Source: Antedon mediterranea
Lineage: Eukaryota > Animalia > Echinodermata
Direction of reading: 5' to 3'
Length of the DNA stretch: 64,000 nt
NCBI RefSeq assembly: GCF_964355755.1
Contig: NC_092680.1
Coordinates: forward strand, 15,447,045-15,511,044
The notes under the pieces were generated by a model. It worked only from the letters and a program-made list of their open reading frames with translations, had not been told where the DNA came from and ran no database searches. The position numbers and the translations under genes are program-made. Below are positions 14,060 to 27,497 of this stretch, piece after piece (position 1 is the first letter of the stretch; every line of letters begins with the position of its first letter).

Positions 14060-15520
14060 TTGAAATTCATTAGTATAGTATACGATTTTGTATACACCAA
14101 TGGTACCATTGAAATTTCATAATTTTTACGTAGTTGAATTTGACGACCAGTTTTAGGAGAAATGGGTCAAATGTGGTTTGTAGTTAATTATTTTCATTTA
14201 TTTCAACAATTTACAAAATTAAGATTAATGTTCGACGTCGTCACCATCGCCATATTCGTCATGGTCATCATCATTATGATTATCTAACCCTTTTCTTTAT
14301 GTGAAATCCTCAGAAACACAGTAGTTGGATTGCAAATAAGCGACTTGTGGAGTGAACTGTTGAAATATGAAATAAAAAGCGACCCTCAGATTTAACCAAA
14401 TAACTTAAAAAACAATAATACAATTATCCAATCAATATCGACAATAAAAAGATAAACACAAATACTTATTATTTATATTATTTATTTTTCACACAAAAAC
14501 AGTAACAATGCTCTGAGTATAATGTGACAGCAGTTAGTTTATCTTGTTTTAAAAACCAACAATTAATTACTCCCTCTTAATGAAAATTAATGAAATTATA
14601 GAAAATCGGACACGTGGAAGCGAGATTCACGATCATTTGAATTATGATGAACTTTATTCTGTAAGTTGCCCCAGAGTAGCCCAAAAAGAGAGTCACACGG
14701 CAAATTCCTTTACATTGTAACTTACCCTTTGGGATTTGAGAGTATCCTGTAAGTTGCCTCAGACACTAGTAGCCCAACAATTTCCAATTCCGACCCCTAC
14801 AACATTTAATAACTCGAAAACTAGATTAAATACAAATATCTATGATCTTGGCCTATATATCATATAATATCGAACGCTTTATTAGAAATATCAGTGAGAT
14901 CAATAGAAGATAATATTGAGCCTCTTCTTTCAGTGTTAGTAATGAAACAATTGTAAATATCTATCAAAATGATTGTCATTATTTTTTTGCTGATAAAAGG
15001 CTCGATTTAAATTTTTTCAGCAATTGTAGGTAAAGAAACAAGTCTAAAGGCCTAGTGGACCACCATTGGTATGTAATCCAAAAATAATAATTAATTGTTA
15101 ATATTAACAAACAATAATTGTTCAGTTTTGTTTTGGGTTTTTGTGTTACAATTTCTTATCAGTCACATCTTTAAATAACATTTTGAAATATAATACGGAG
15201 TGGTACCATATTTATCAGATGACTAAATATAGATAACATAAATTATAACTTTAATTGTGGTGTTTCTATTCAACTTCTGCTTTTTATTTCCGTGACATAT
15301 CAACATTATCCACCATATACTCACTGATCTTTATATGGAAAGACAGGTTGAACTACTTACTACTGAATGGCAAAAGCAATGATTTAACATACAGAATTTT
15401 GCAAAATGTTAAGAAGTTCATCTTGTTCCCTTGGGATTTCTGCTACACGTTAATTTAACCAAATATTACTCTTCGTCGTCAATTTGAAAGACCATTATTT
15501 GGCCCATGCAAAACATTCTT
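14060..15520. repeat. Relic third copy of the BRICHOS/RNase T2 segment, BRICHOS gene deleted
   Basis: 14280-14650 aligns by eye to 32154-32850 and 44820-45110. The sequence then jumps to match 37510-38740 and 48220-49150. Confidence 0.75.
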
Positions 15521-18500
15521 GGTAAAAAAAAACTATAACCTTGTTCCAAACAAAAAGAACAATGAACAAAGAAATTAGGATATAATAAACAAAAGTAACC
15601 TTTGCAATGGACAAACCGTCAAAATAATAACAATATCACTCCTCAAACAAAGAACTACCATCACTATTTTTTTTAAATACAAATTCTCTACTAATTATGT
15701 ATAACACAGGCCAAAACGAAAACCCCGCCAAAATAACAATAACAAACCCCTTCCCTAACAAAGAATGACCTTTCACTAATTAAAATGGGTATTTAAAAAT
15801 AAATGTTAACTTCTGAAAATAGCCGAAACCTAGCAAGTAAGTACGACAACTGGTTTAAAAAAAAGATAAATGACATTCTTTTTGGGTTTGGAATACTCCT
15901 GCCCTGGGGGTATAACATTCCTTTCGGGTCTGAAGTACCCCATCTTCTACTCCCATTTCTTTTGTCTGAAATAAATATTTTTATTGGTTTTTTTCTATAG
16001 AAGTGAATAAATTTATTGCAATTGCAAAATGGCCTATTTAAAGTCTGATTTTAGTGGTCCTATTTTTTTCTTGTTTTTGATTATTTTTTAAGATAAGAAT
16101 AAATAACGATGATAATGATCGAGCAGAACCGCTAATATTTACACATCTATATCTAAATCAGGGTTTTTACAAACACGGTTGCTATAAACAGACGACATTC
16201 TACAAAAAAAAGACCATTCTTACAGATATTTACACGTGAAAATTGTTCATTCTTCATCGTCATCGTCGTTATGTTTATTGGTTATCCGCAACGAAGTTGC
16301 AGGATAACCTCTTGTGATTGTACGAAATCATCATCATCATTGGTTATCCGCAACGAAGTTGCAGGATAACCTCTTGTGATTGTACGAAATCATCATCATT
16401 GGTTATCCGCAACGAAGTTGCAGGATAACCTCTTGTGATTGTACGAAATCATTCTGTATGATTTTTGTGTAACGCTTTTCTCTAAAACTCGCAAACATAA
16501 CATTTCGGTAACTATCTTAACATATTGACATTTACGTAACGTCGTCAAGCGAAGCTTTTCATGACGTTTACAATTGCGCAACGTGACTTACGCGCGATTT
16601 AATGATTTTGTCGTATTTAACATAGCTCGACAACCAAATAACATTTCAACTTTAAACTTTGCAAAAGTTTAATTTATATCATGCGCTAACTTTCTGTTGA
16701 AAAAAAATTCCGTGTTTTACACAAAGTTACGCGCGCACGCGCATTTAAAATTTCAAAATGCGCAAAATTAATTTCTAATCAACTTTCTACGTGTTTCATG
16801 TCGTTTTAAGCATGTCAAAAATTCCCACGCGTGCGCACATTTTTACGTGTGCGGTGCGCACGTAGCATTGAAAACGTATTTTTTTCGCGTGATTGATGTT
16901 TTTCCAGCCTTTTCTAGTAATTTTACCAAATTTTAAACTATTTCGACTTAAAGATACGTCATACGAGCACGTCGAATTGGACAATTTGCGCGCGTTTTTT
17001 ATGAAAAGGTTAAAAAATTCGTTTAAAATATGCCTATTTTTAAACAGTTGTAATTTCTAAACTAGACGGTCAAATTTTTGTGGATGACATATTCTAGAAG
17101 TAGATGAGTTGTAGATATCGGATCAGGTATTAATATGGCTAACCGAACATTGTGACGTCATCGTATGGCCACGCGAATATAAAATTTAGGATTTTTGTAT
17201 CTTTCGTCATAGCTCATCACATTGAATAGAGCGCATCTCCACTTATCCGTTTTCCATTTTCACCCCGATTTTGATATTGTCTAGGTCAATCAACTATCTT
17301 TCGCATGAGTTAAAAATATTTTAATTTTTTTGACGTCATCATGCCTAAAAATTTAAATCACGTGTGGCATCAATTTCATCTTTACAGTAAATTTTAATCT
17401 GTTATAGCTCGTAAAAATAAAATGTGATAATCACGATTAAAACTTTTTCTGGAAGCTATTGGATTGTAGGTACGAAATTATGTAAAAATGTTGCCAATCG
17501 GATGTTGTGACGTCATCATATGGCCAGTTAAATAAAAAAGGTCGTATTTTCATCTTTTGCGTCATAATTCATTACATTTAAAAGAGCGCGCATCAATATT
17601 TCACGTATTCAAATTTCTCCTACACGCTAATACGTTGTTGCTGAGATAATTTCCTTTCGGAATTGCTACCTTCGCGTTTCATTTTAAAACCGTCAACATG
17701 TTAAAAATTGCAATAAATAGCGGGTCCCGTAATTTCACCTATTCTACACTGTATGTGATATGGATACAGATTATACTGTGTATACTATATATGAATTTAA
17801 ATAATAAAATTCAGCAATAACAACATATCATATTCTTCAGTTCAGGTCATAATGCCAACGTGAACACTTCCTTTTGTCCTCAACCTATCCCCTTAATGTT
17901 AATGTTGCACCACTTGCGCGGCGGATAACCAAACTCGTCAAAGTGACGAGTTACATGTCTAGTTGGTTATCCGCAACGAAGTTGCAGGATAACCTCTTGT
18001 GATTGTACGAAATCAACCTGTATGATTTTTGTGTAACGCTTTTCTCTAAAACTCGCAAACGTAACATTTCGGTAACTATCTTAACATATTGACATTTACG
18101 TAACGTCGTCAAGCGAAGCTTTTCATGACGTTTACAATTGCGCAACGTGACTTACGCGCGATTTAACGATTTTGTCGTATTTAACATAGCTCAACAACCA
18201 AATAACATTTCAACTTGAAACTTTGCAAAAGTTTAATTTATATCATGCGCTAACTTTCTGTTGAAAAAAAATTGCGTGTTTTACACAAAGTTACGCGCGC
18301 ACGCGCATTTAAAATTTCAAAATGCGCAAAATTAATTTATAATCAACTTTCTACGCGTTTCATGTCGTTTTAAGCATGTCAAAAATTCCCACGCGTGCGC
18401 ACATTTTTAAGTGTGCGGTGCGCACGTAGCATTGAAAACGTATTTTTTTCGCGTGATTTATGTTTTTCCAGCCTTTTCTAGTAATTTTACCAAATTTTAA

Positions 18501-21500
18501 ACAATTTCGACTTAAAGATACGTCATACGAGCACGTCGAATTGGACAATTTGCGCGCGTTTTTTAAGAAAAGGTTAAAAAATTCGTTTAAAATATGCCTT
18601 TTTTTAAACAGTCGTAATTTCTAAACTAGACGGTCAACTTTTTGTGGATGACATATTCTGGAAGTAGATGAGTTGTAGATATCGGATCAGGTATTAATAT
18701 GGCTAACCGGACATTGTGACGTCATCGTATGGCCACGCGAATATAAAATTTAGGATTTTTGTATCTTTCGTCATAGCTCATCACATTTAATAGAGCGCAT
18801 CTCCACTTATCCGTTTTCTATTTTCACCCCGATTTTGATATTGTGTAAGGTCAATCAACTATCTTTCGCATGAGTTAAAAATATTTTAATTTTTTTGACG
18901 TCATCATGCCTAAAAATTTAAATCACGTGTGGAATCAATTTTATCTTTACAGTAAATTTTAATCTGTTATAGCTCGTAAGAATAAAATGTGATAATCACG
19001 ATTAAAACTTTTTCTGGAAGCTATTGGATTGTAGATACGAAATTATGTAAAAATGTTGCCAATCGGATGTTGTGACGTCATCATATGGCCAGTTAAATGA
19101 AAATGGTCGTATTTTCATCTTTTGCGTCATAATTCATTACATTTAAACGAGCGCGCATCAATATTTCACGTATTCAAATTTCTTTTACACGCTAATACGT
19201 TGTTGCTGAGATAATTTCCTTTCGGAATTGCTACCTTCGCGTTTCATTTTAAAACCGTCAAGATGTTAAAAATTGCAATAAATAGCGGGTCCCGTAATTT
19301 CACCTATTCTATGTATGTCACTGTATGTGATATGGATACAGATTATACTGTGTATACTATATATGAATTTAAATAATAAAATTCAGCAATAACAACATAT
19401 CATATTCTTCAGTTCAGGTCATAATGCCAACGTGAACACTTCCTTTTGTCCTCAACCTATCCCCTTAATGTTAATGTTGCACCACTTGCGCGGCGGATAA
19501 CCAAACTCGTCAAAGTGACGAGTTACATGTCTAGTCTTTTTCTTAATCTTCTTTCTTTCTGTATGATTTTTGTGTAACGCTTTTCTCTAAAACTTGCAAA
19601 CATAACATTTTGTTAACCATGTTAACATTTTGACATTTATGTAACGTCGTCAAGCGAAGCTTTTCATGATGTTTACAATTGCGCAACGTGACGTACGCGC
19701 GACTTAACGATTTTCTCGTATTTAACATATGTCGAAAACCAAATAACATTTTAAAGTGAAACTTTGCAAAAGTTTAATTTATATCATGCGCTAACTTTCT
19801 GTTGAAAAAAAATTGCGTGTTTTACACAAAGTTACGCGCGCACGCGCATTTAAATTTTCAAAATGCGCAAAATTAATTTATAATCAACTTTCTACGCGTT
19901 TCATGTCGTTTTAAGCATGTCAACAATTCCCACGTGTGCGCACATTTTTACGTGTGCGGTGTGCACGTAGCATTGAAAACATATTTTTTTCTCGTGATTT
20001 ATGTTTTTACAGCCTTTTCTAGTAATTTTACCAAATTTTAAACAATTTCGACTTAAAGATACGTCATACGAGTACGTCGAATTGGACAATTTGCGCGCGT
20101 TTTTTATGAAAAGGTTAAAAAATTCGTTTAAAATATGCCTTTTTTTAAACAGTCGTAATTTCTAAACTAGACGGTCAACTTTTTGTGGACGACATATTCT
20201 GTAAGTAGATGAGTTGTAGATATCGGATCAGGTATTAATATGGCTAACCGGACATTGTGACGTCATCGTATGGTCACGCGAATATAAAATTTAGGATTTT
20301 TGTATCTTTCGTCATAGCTCATCACATTGAATAGAGCGCATCTCCACTTATTCGTTTTCCATTTTCACCCCGATTTTGATATTGTCTAGGTCAATCAACT
20401 ATCTTTCGCATGAGTTAAAAATATTTTAATTTTTTTGACGTCATCATGCCTAAAAATTTAAATCACGTGTGGCATCAATTTCATCTTTACAGTAAATTTT
20501 AATCTGTTATAGCTCGTAAGAATAAAATGTGATAATCACGATTAAAACTTTTTCTGGAAGCTATTGGATTGTAGATATGAAATTATGTAAAAATGTTGCC
20601 AATCGGATGTTGTGACGTCATCATATGGCCAGTTAAATAAAAAAGGTCGTATTTTCATCTTTTTCGTCATAATTCATTACATTTAAAAGAGCGCGCATCA
20701 ATATTTAACGTATTCAAATTTCTTCTACACGCTAATACGTTGTTGCTGAGATAATTTGCTTTCGGAATTGCTAACTTCGCTTTTCATTTTAAAACCATCA
20801 ACATGTTAAAAATTGCAATAAATAGTGGGTCCCGTAATTTCACCTATTCTACACTGTATGTGATATGGATACAGATTATACTGTGTATACTATATATGAA
20901 TTTAAATAATAAAATTCAGCAATAACAACAGATCATATTCTTCAGTTCAGGTCATAATGCCAACGTGAACACTTCCTTTTGTCCTCAACCTATCCCCTTA
21001 ATGTTAATGTTGCACCACTTGCGCGGCGGATAACCAAACTCGTCAAAGTGACGAGTTACATGTCTAGTTGGTTATCCGCAACGAAGTTGCAGGATAACCT
21101 CTTGTGATTGTACGAAATCATCATCTTTTTATTTTTGGTTATATTTTTGGTTATCCGCAACGAAGTTGCAGGATAACCTCTTGTGATTGTACGAAATCAT
21201 TCTGTATGATTTTTGTGTAACGCTTTTCTCTAAAACTCGCAAACATAACATTTCGGTAACTATCTTAACATATTGACATTTACGTAACGTCGTCAAGCGA
21301 AGCTTTTCATGACGTTTACAATTGCGCAACGTGACTTACGCGCGATTTAACGATTTTGTCGTATTTAACATAGCTCGACAACCAAATAAAATTTCAACTT
21401 GAAACTTTGCAAAAGTTTAATTTATATCATGCGCTAACTTTCTGTTGAAAAAAAATTCCGTGTTTTACACAAAGTTACGCGCGCACGCGCATTTAAAATT

Positions 21501-22782
21501 TCAAAATGCGCAAAATTAATTTCTAATCAACTTTCTACGCGTTTCATGTCGTTTTAAGCATGTCAAAAATTCCCAAGCGTGCGCACATTTTTACGTGTGC
21601 GGTGCGCACGTAGCATTGAAAACGTATTTTTTCGCGTGATTTATGTTTTTCCAGCCTTTTCTAGTAATTTTACCAAATTTTAAACAATTTCGACTTAAAG
21701 ATACGTCATACGAGCACGTCGAATTGGACAATTTACGCGCGTTTTTTATGAAAAGGTTAAAAAATTCGTTTAAAATATGCCTTTTTTTAAACAGTCGTAA
21801 TTTCTAAACTAGACGGTCAAATTTTTGTGGATGACATATTCTAGAAGTAGATGAGTTGTAGATATCGGATCAGGTATTAATATGGCTAACCGGACATTGT
21901 GACGTCATCGTATGGCCACGCGAATATATAATTTAGGATTTTTGTATCTTTCGTCATAGCTCATCACATTGAATAGAGCGCATCTCCACTTATCCGTTTT
22001 CCATTTTCACCCCGATTTTGATATTATCTAGGTCAATCAACTATCTTTCGCATGAGTTAAAAATATTTTAATTTTTTTGACGTCATCATGCCTAAAAATT
22101 TAAATCACGTGTGGCATCAATTTCATCTTTACAGTAAATTTTAATCTGTTATAGCTCGTAAAAATAAAATGTGATAATCACGATTAAAACTTTTTCTGGA
22201 AGCTATTGGATTGTAGATACGAAATTATGTAAAAATGTTGCCAATCGGATGTTGTGATTTCATCATATGGCCAGTTAAATAAAAAAGGTCGTATTTTCAT
22301 CTTTTGCGTCATAATTGATTACATTTAAAAGAGCGCGCATCAATATTTCACGTATTCAAATTTCTCCTACACGCTAATACGTTGTTGCTGAGATAATTTC
22401 CTTTCGGAATTGCTACCTTCGCGTTTCATTTTAAAACCGTCAACATGTTAAAAATTGCAATAAATAGCGGGTCCCGTAATTTCACCTATTCTACACTGTA
22501 TGTGATATGGATACCGATTATACTGTGTATACTATATATGAATTTAAATAATAAAATTCAGCAATAACAACATATCATATTCTTCAGTTCAGGTCATAAT
22601 GCCGACGTGAACACTTCCTTTTGTCCTCAACCTATCCCCTTAATATCCCACTTGCGCGGCGGATAACCAAACTCGTCAAAGTGACGAGTTACATGTCTAG
22701 TTGGTTATCCGCAACGAAGTTGCAGGATAACCTCTTGTGATTGTACGAAATCATCATCATCATCATCATCATCAACTTTTTA

Positions 22783-24374
22783 TTAGTTATCCGCACTCAG
22801 CGGATAACTCCTTGTAACTGTCCTGTTTCATCATCTTTTTTTTTTTTCTGTATTATTCTTTCTTTCTGTCATTTTTGTGCAGAGCATATCTCAAAAACGT
22901 GTAAAGTTAACATTTCATAACTTTGTCAACATATGGGTATTCACCTGAAGTTGTGCTTTTCTATTTTTGAATGACGTCAGAATTGCACAACATGACTTAC
23001 GCGCGTTTTAACGAATTTCGCGTATTTAACATATATCGAAAACCATATAACAATTTAAATTGAAACTTAACAAAAGTTTAAGTTATATCTTGCGCTAATT
23101 GACTGTGTAAAAAAAATGGCATGTTTCACACGAAGTTACGCGCGCACGCGCGTTTTAAATTTCAAAACGCGAAAAATCAATTTCTAATCCACTTTCTACG
23201 CGTTTCATGTCATTTTGAGCAGGTAAAAAATTCCCAAGCGCGCGCATTTTTTTACGCGCGCCGTGCGCACGTAGCGTTGAAAACAATTTTTTTCACGTAA
23301 TTTATGTTTTTCCAGCCTTTTGTAGTAATTTTACCAACTTTTAAACGATTTTGACTTAAAATTACGTCATACGTGCACGTCGAATTGGATAATTTACGTG
23401 GGTTTTTGATGAAAAAGTTAAAAAATTCGTTAAAATTTGTCAAATATATGCCTTTTTTTAAACAGTCGTAATTTCTAAACTGGACGGTCAACTTTTTGTG
23501 GATGACATATTCTTGAAGTTGATGAGGTGTAGATATCGGATCATGTAATAATATGGCTAAACGGACATTGTGACGTCATCGTATGGCCACGCGAATATAA
23601 AATATAGGATTTTTGTATCTTTCGTCATAGCTCATCACAGTTAATAGAGCGCATCTCTACTTATCCGTTTTCAATTTTCACCCCGATTTTGACATTGTCT
23701 AGGTCAATCACCTATCTTTCGCATGAGTTAAAAATATTTTAATTTTTATGACGCCATCATGTCTAAAAATGTAAATAACGTGGGTCACTTATTTTCATCT
23801 TTACAGTAAATTTCAATCTGTTATAGCTCGTCAGAATAAAAAGTGATAATCATGATCAAAACGTTTTATGGAAGCTATTGGATTGTAGATACGAATTCAT
23901 GTAAACATTTTGCCAATCAGATGTTGTGACGTCATCATATGGCCAGTTGAATATAAAAAGTCGTATTTTCATAATTTGCGTCATAGTTCATCACATTTAA
24001 AAGACCGCGTATCTATATTTGACGTATTCAAATTTCTTATACACGGTAATATGTTGTTGATGAGATCATTTGCTTTCAAAATTGCTATCTTAGTGTTTCA
24101 TTTTGATACCGCCGCCATGTTAAAAATAGGAATAAATGGGGGGTCCCGTAATTTCACCTATTCTACACTGTATGTAATACGCATACAGATTATACTGTTC
24201 ATACTGTATATGACACAAAATTGACAGAATTCAGCACTAACAGCATATGACATTCTTCAGTTCAGGTCATAATGCCATAATCTTTTTTCGTGCGCAAACT
24301 TTCAACGTATGACGTGCGCGGGGCGTTTTTCATGCGGATAACTAACTCGTCAAAGTGACGAGTTACATGTCTAG
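22783..24374 (+). mobile_element. Subfamily B element, copy 1
   Basis: Head TTAGTTATCCGCACTCAGCGGATAACT, tail GCGGATAACTAACTCGTCAAAGTGACGAGTTACATGTCTAG. The body is clearly diverged from subfamily A. Confidence 0.85.
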
Positions 24375-25898
24375 TTCTTCTTCTTTCTTTCTGTATGATT
24401 TTTGTGTAACGCTTTTCTCTGAAACTTGCAAACATAACATTTTGTTAACTATGTTAACATTTTGACATTTATGTAACGTCGTCAAGCGAAGCTTTTCATG
24501 ATGTTTACAATTGCGCAACGTGACGTACGCGCGATTTAACGATTTTCTCGTATTTAACATATGTCGAAAACCAAATAACATTTTAAAGTGAAACTTTGCA
24601 AAAGTTTAATTTATATCATGCGCTAACTTTCTGTTGAAAAAAAATTGCGTGTTTTACACAAAGTTACGCGCGCACGCGCATTTAAAATTTCAAAATGCGC
24701 GAAACTAATTTATAATCAACTTTCTACGCGTTTCATGTCGTTTTAAGCATGTCAAAAATTCCCACGCGTGCGCACATTTTTACGTGTGCGGTGCGCACGT
24801 AGCATTGAAAAGGTATTTTTTTCGAGTGATTTATGTTTTTCCAGCCTTTTCATGTAATTTTACCAAATTTTAAACAATTTCGACTTAAAGATACGTCATA
24901 CGAGCACGTCGAATTGGACAATTTGCGCGCGTTTTTTATGAAAAGGTTAACAAATTCGTTTAAAATATGCCTTTTTTTAAACAGTCGTAATTTCTAAACT
25001 AGACGGTCAAATTTTTGTGGATGGCATATTCTGGAAGTAGATGAGTTGTAGATATCGGATCAGGTATTAATATGGCTAACCGGACATTGTGACGTCATCG
25101 TATGGCCACGCGAATATAAAATTTAGGATTTTTGTATCTTTCGTCATAGCTCATCACATTGAATAGAGCGCATCTCCACTTATCCGTTTTCCATTTTCAC
25201 CCGGATTTTGATATTGTCTAGGTCAATCAACTATCTTTCGCATGAGTTAAAATATTTTAATTTTTTTGACGTCATCATGCCTAAAAATTTAAATCACGTG
25301 TGGCATCAATTTCATCTTTACAGTAAATTTTAATCTGTTATAGCTCGTAAGAATAAAATGTGATAATCACGATTAAAACTTTTTCTGGAAGCTATTGGAT
25401 TGTAGATACGAAATTATGTAAAAATGTTGCCAATCGGATGTTGTGACGTCATCATATGGCCAGTTAAATAAAAAAGGTCGTATTTCCATCTTTTGCGTCA
25501 TAATTCATTACATTTAAAAGAGCGCGCATCAATATTTCACGTATTCAAATTTCTTCTACACGCTAATACGTTGTTGCTGAGATAATTTCCTTTCGGAATT
25601 GCTACCTTCCCGTTTCATTTTAAAACCGTCAACATGTTAAAAATTGCAATAAATAGCGGGTCCCGTAATTTCACCTATTCTACACTGTATGTGATATGGA
25701 TACAGATTATACTGTGTATACTATATATGAATTTAAACAATAAAATTCAGCAATAACAACATATCATATTCTTCAGTTCAGGTCATAATGCCAACGTGAA
25801 CACTTCCTTTTGTCCTCAACCTATCCCCTTAATGTTAATGTTGCACCACTTGCGCGGCGGATAACCAAACTCGTCAAAGTGACGAGTTACATGTCTAG

Positions 25899-27497
25899 TT
25901 AGTTATCCGCACTCAGCGGATAACTCCTTGTAACTGTCCTGTTTCATCATCTTTTTTTTTTTTCTGTATTATTCTTTCTTTCTGTCATTTTTGTGCAGAG
26001 CATATCTCAAAAACGTGTAAAGTTAACATTTCATAACTTTGTCAACATATGGGTATTCACCTGAAGTTGTGCTTTTCTATTTTTGAATGACGTCAGAATT
26101 GCACAACATGACTTACGCGCGTTTTAACGAATTTCGCGTATTTAACATACATCGAAAACCATATAACAATTTAAATTGAAACTTAACGAAAGTTTAAGTT
26201 ATATCTTGCGCTAACTGACTGTGTAAAAAAAATGGCATGTTTTACACGAAGTTACGCGTGCACGCGCGTTTAAAATTTCAAAATGCGAAAAATCAATTTC
26301 TAATCTACTTTCTACGCGTTTCATGTCATTTTGAGCAGGTAAAAAATTCCCACGCGCGCGCATTTTTTTACGCGCGCCGTGCGCACGTAGCGTTGAAAAC
26401 AATTTTTTTCACGTGATTTATGTTTTTCCAGCCTTTTGTAGTAATTTTACCAACTTTTAAACGATTTTGACTTAAAATTACGTCATACTTGCACGTCGAA
26501 TTGGATAATTTACGTGGGTTTTTGATGAAAAAGTTAAAAAATTCGTTAAAATTTGTCAAAATTATGCCTTTTTTTAAACAGTTGTAATTTCTAAACTGGA
26601 CGGTCAAATTTTTGTGGATGACATATTCTTGAAGTTAATGAGGTGTAGATATCGGATCATGTAATAATATGGCTAACCGGACATTGTGACGTCATCGTAT
26701 GGCCACGCGAATATAAAATATAGGATTTTTGTATCTTTCGTCATAGCTCATCACATTTAATAGAGCGCATCTCTACTTATCCGTTTTCAATTTTCACCCC
26801 GATTTTGACATTGTCTAGGTCAATCACCTTTCTTTCGCATGAGTTAAAAATATTTTAATTTTTATGACGCCATCATGTCTAAAAATGTAAATAACGTGGG
26901 TCACTTATTTTCATCTTTACAGTAAATTTCAATCTGTTATAGCTCGTCAGAATAAAAAGTGATAATCATGATCAAAACGTTTTATGGAAGCTATTGGATT
27001 GTAGATACAAATTCATGTGAACATTTTGCCAATCAGATGTTATGACGTCATCATATGGCCAGTTGAATATAAAAAGTCGTATTTTCATAATTTGCGTCAT
27101 AGTTCATCACATTTAAAAGAGCGCGTATCTATATTTGACGTATTCAAATTTCTTCTACACGGTAATATGTTGTTGATGAGATCATTTGCTTCCAAAATTG
27201 CTATCTTAGTGTTTCATTTTGATACCGCCGCCATGTTAAAAATAGGAATAAATGGGGGGTCCCGTAATTTCACCTATTCTACACTGTATGTAATACGCAT
27301 ACAGATTATACTGTTTATACTGTATATACTATATGACACAAAATTGACAGAATTCAGCACTAACAGCATATGACATTCTTCAGTTCAGGTCATAATGCCA
27401 TAATCTTTTTTTGTGCGCAAAATTTCAACGTATGACGTGCGCGTGGCGTTTTTCGTGCGGATAACTAACTCGTCAAAGTGACGAGTTACATGTCTAG
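25899..27497 (+). mobile_element. Subfamily B element, copy 2
   Basis: Near-identical to 22783-24374. Confidence 0.85.

Noticed and set aside
16278-16452. Three ~60-bp hairpin repeats resembling a CRISPR array
   Set aside because: There are no unique spacers and no cas genes, and the context is eukaryotic. They are stacked 5' heads of nested elements.
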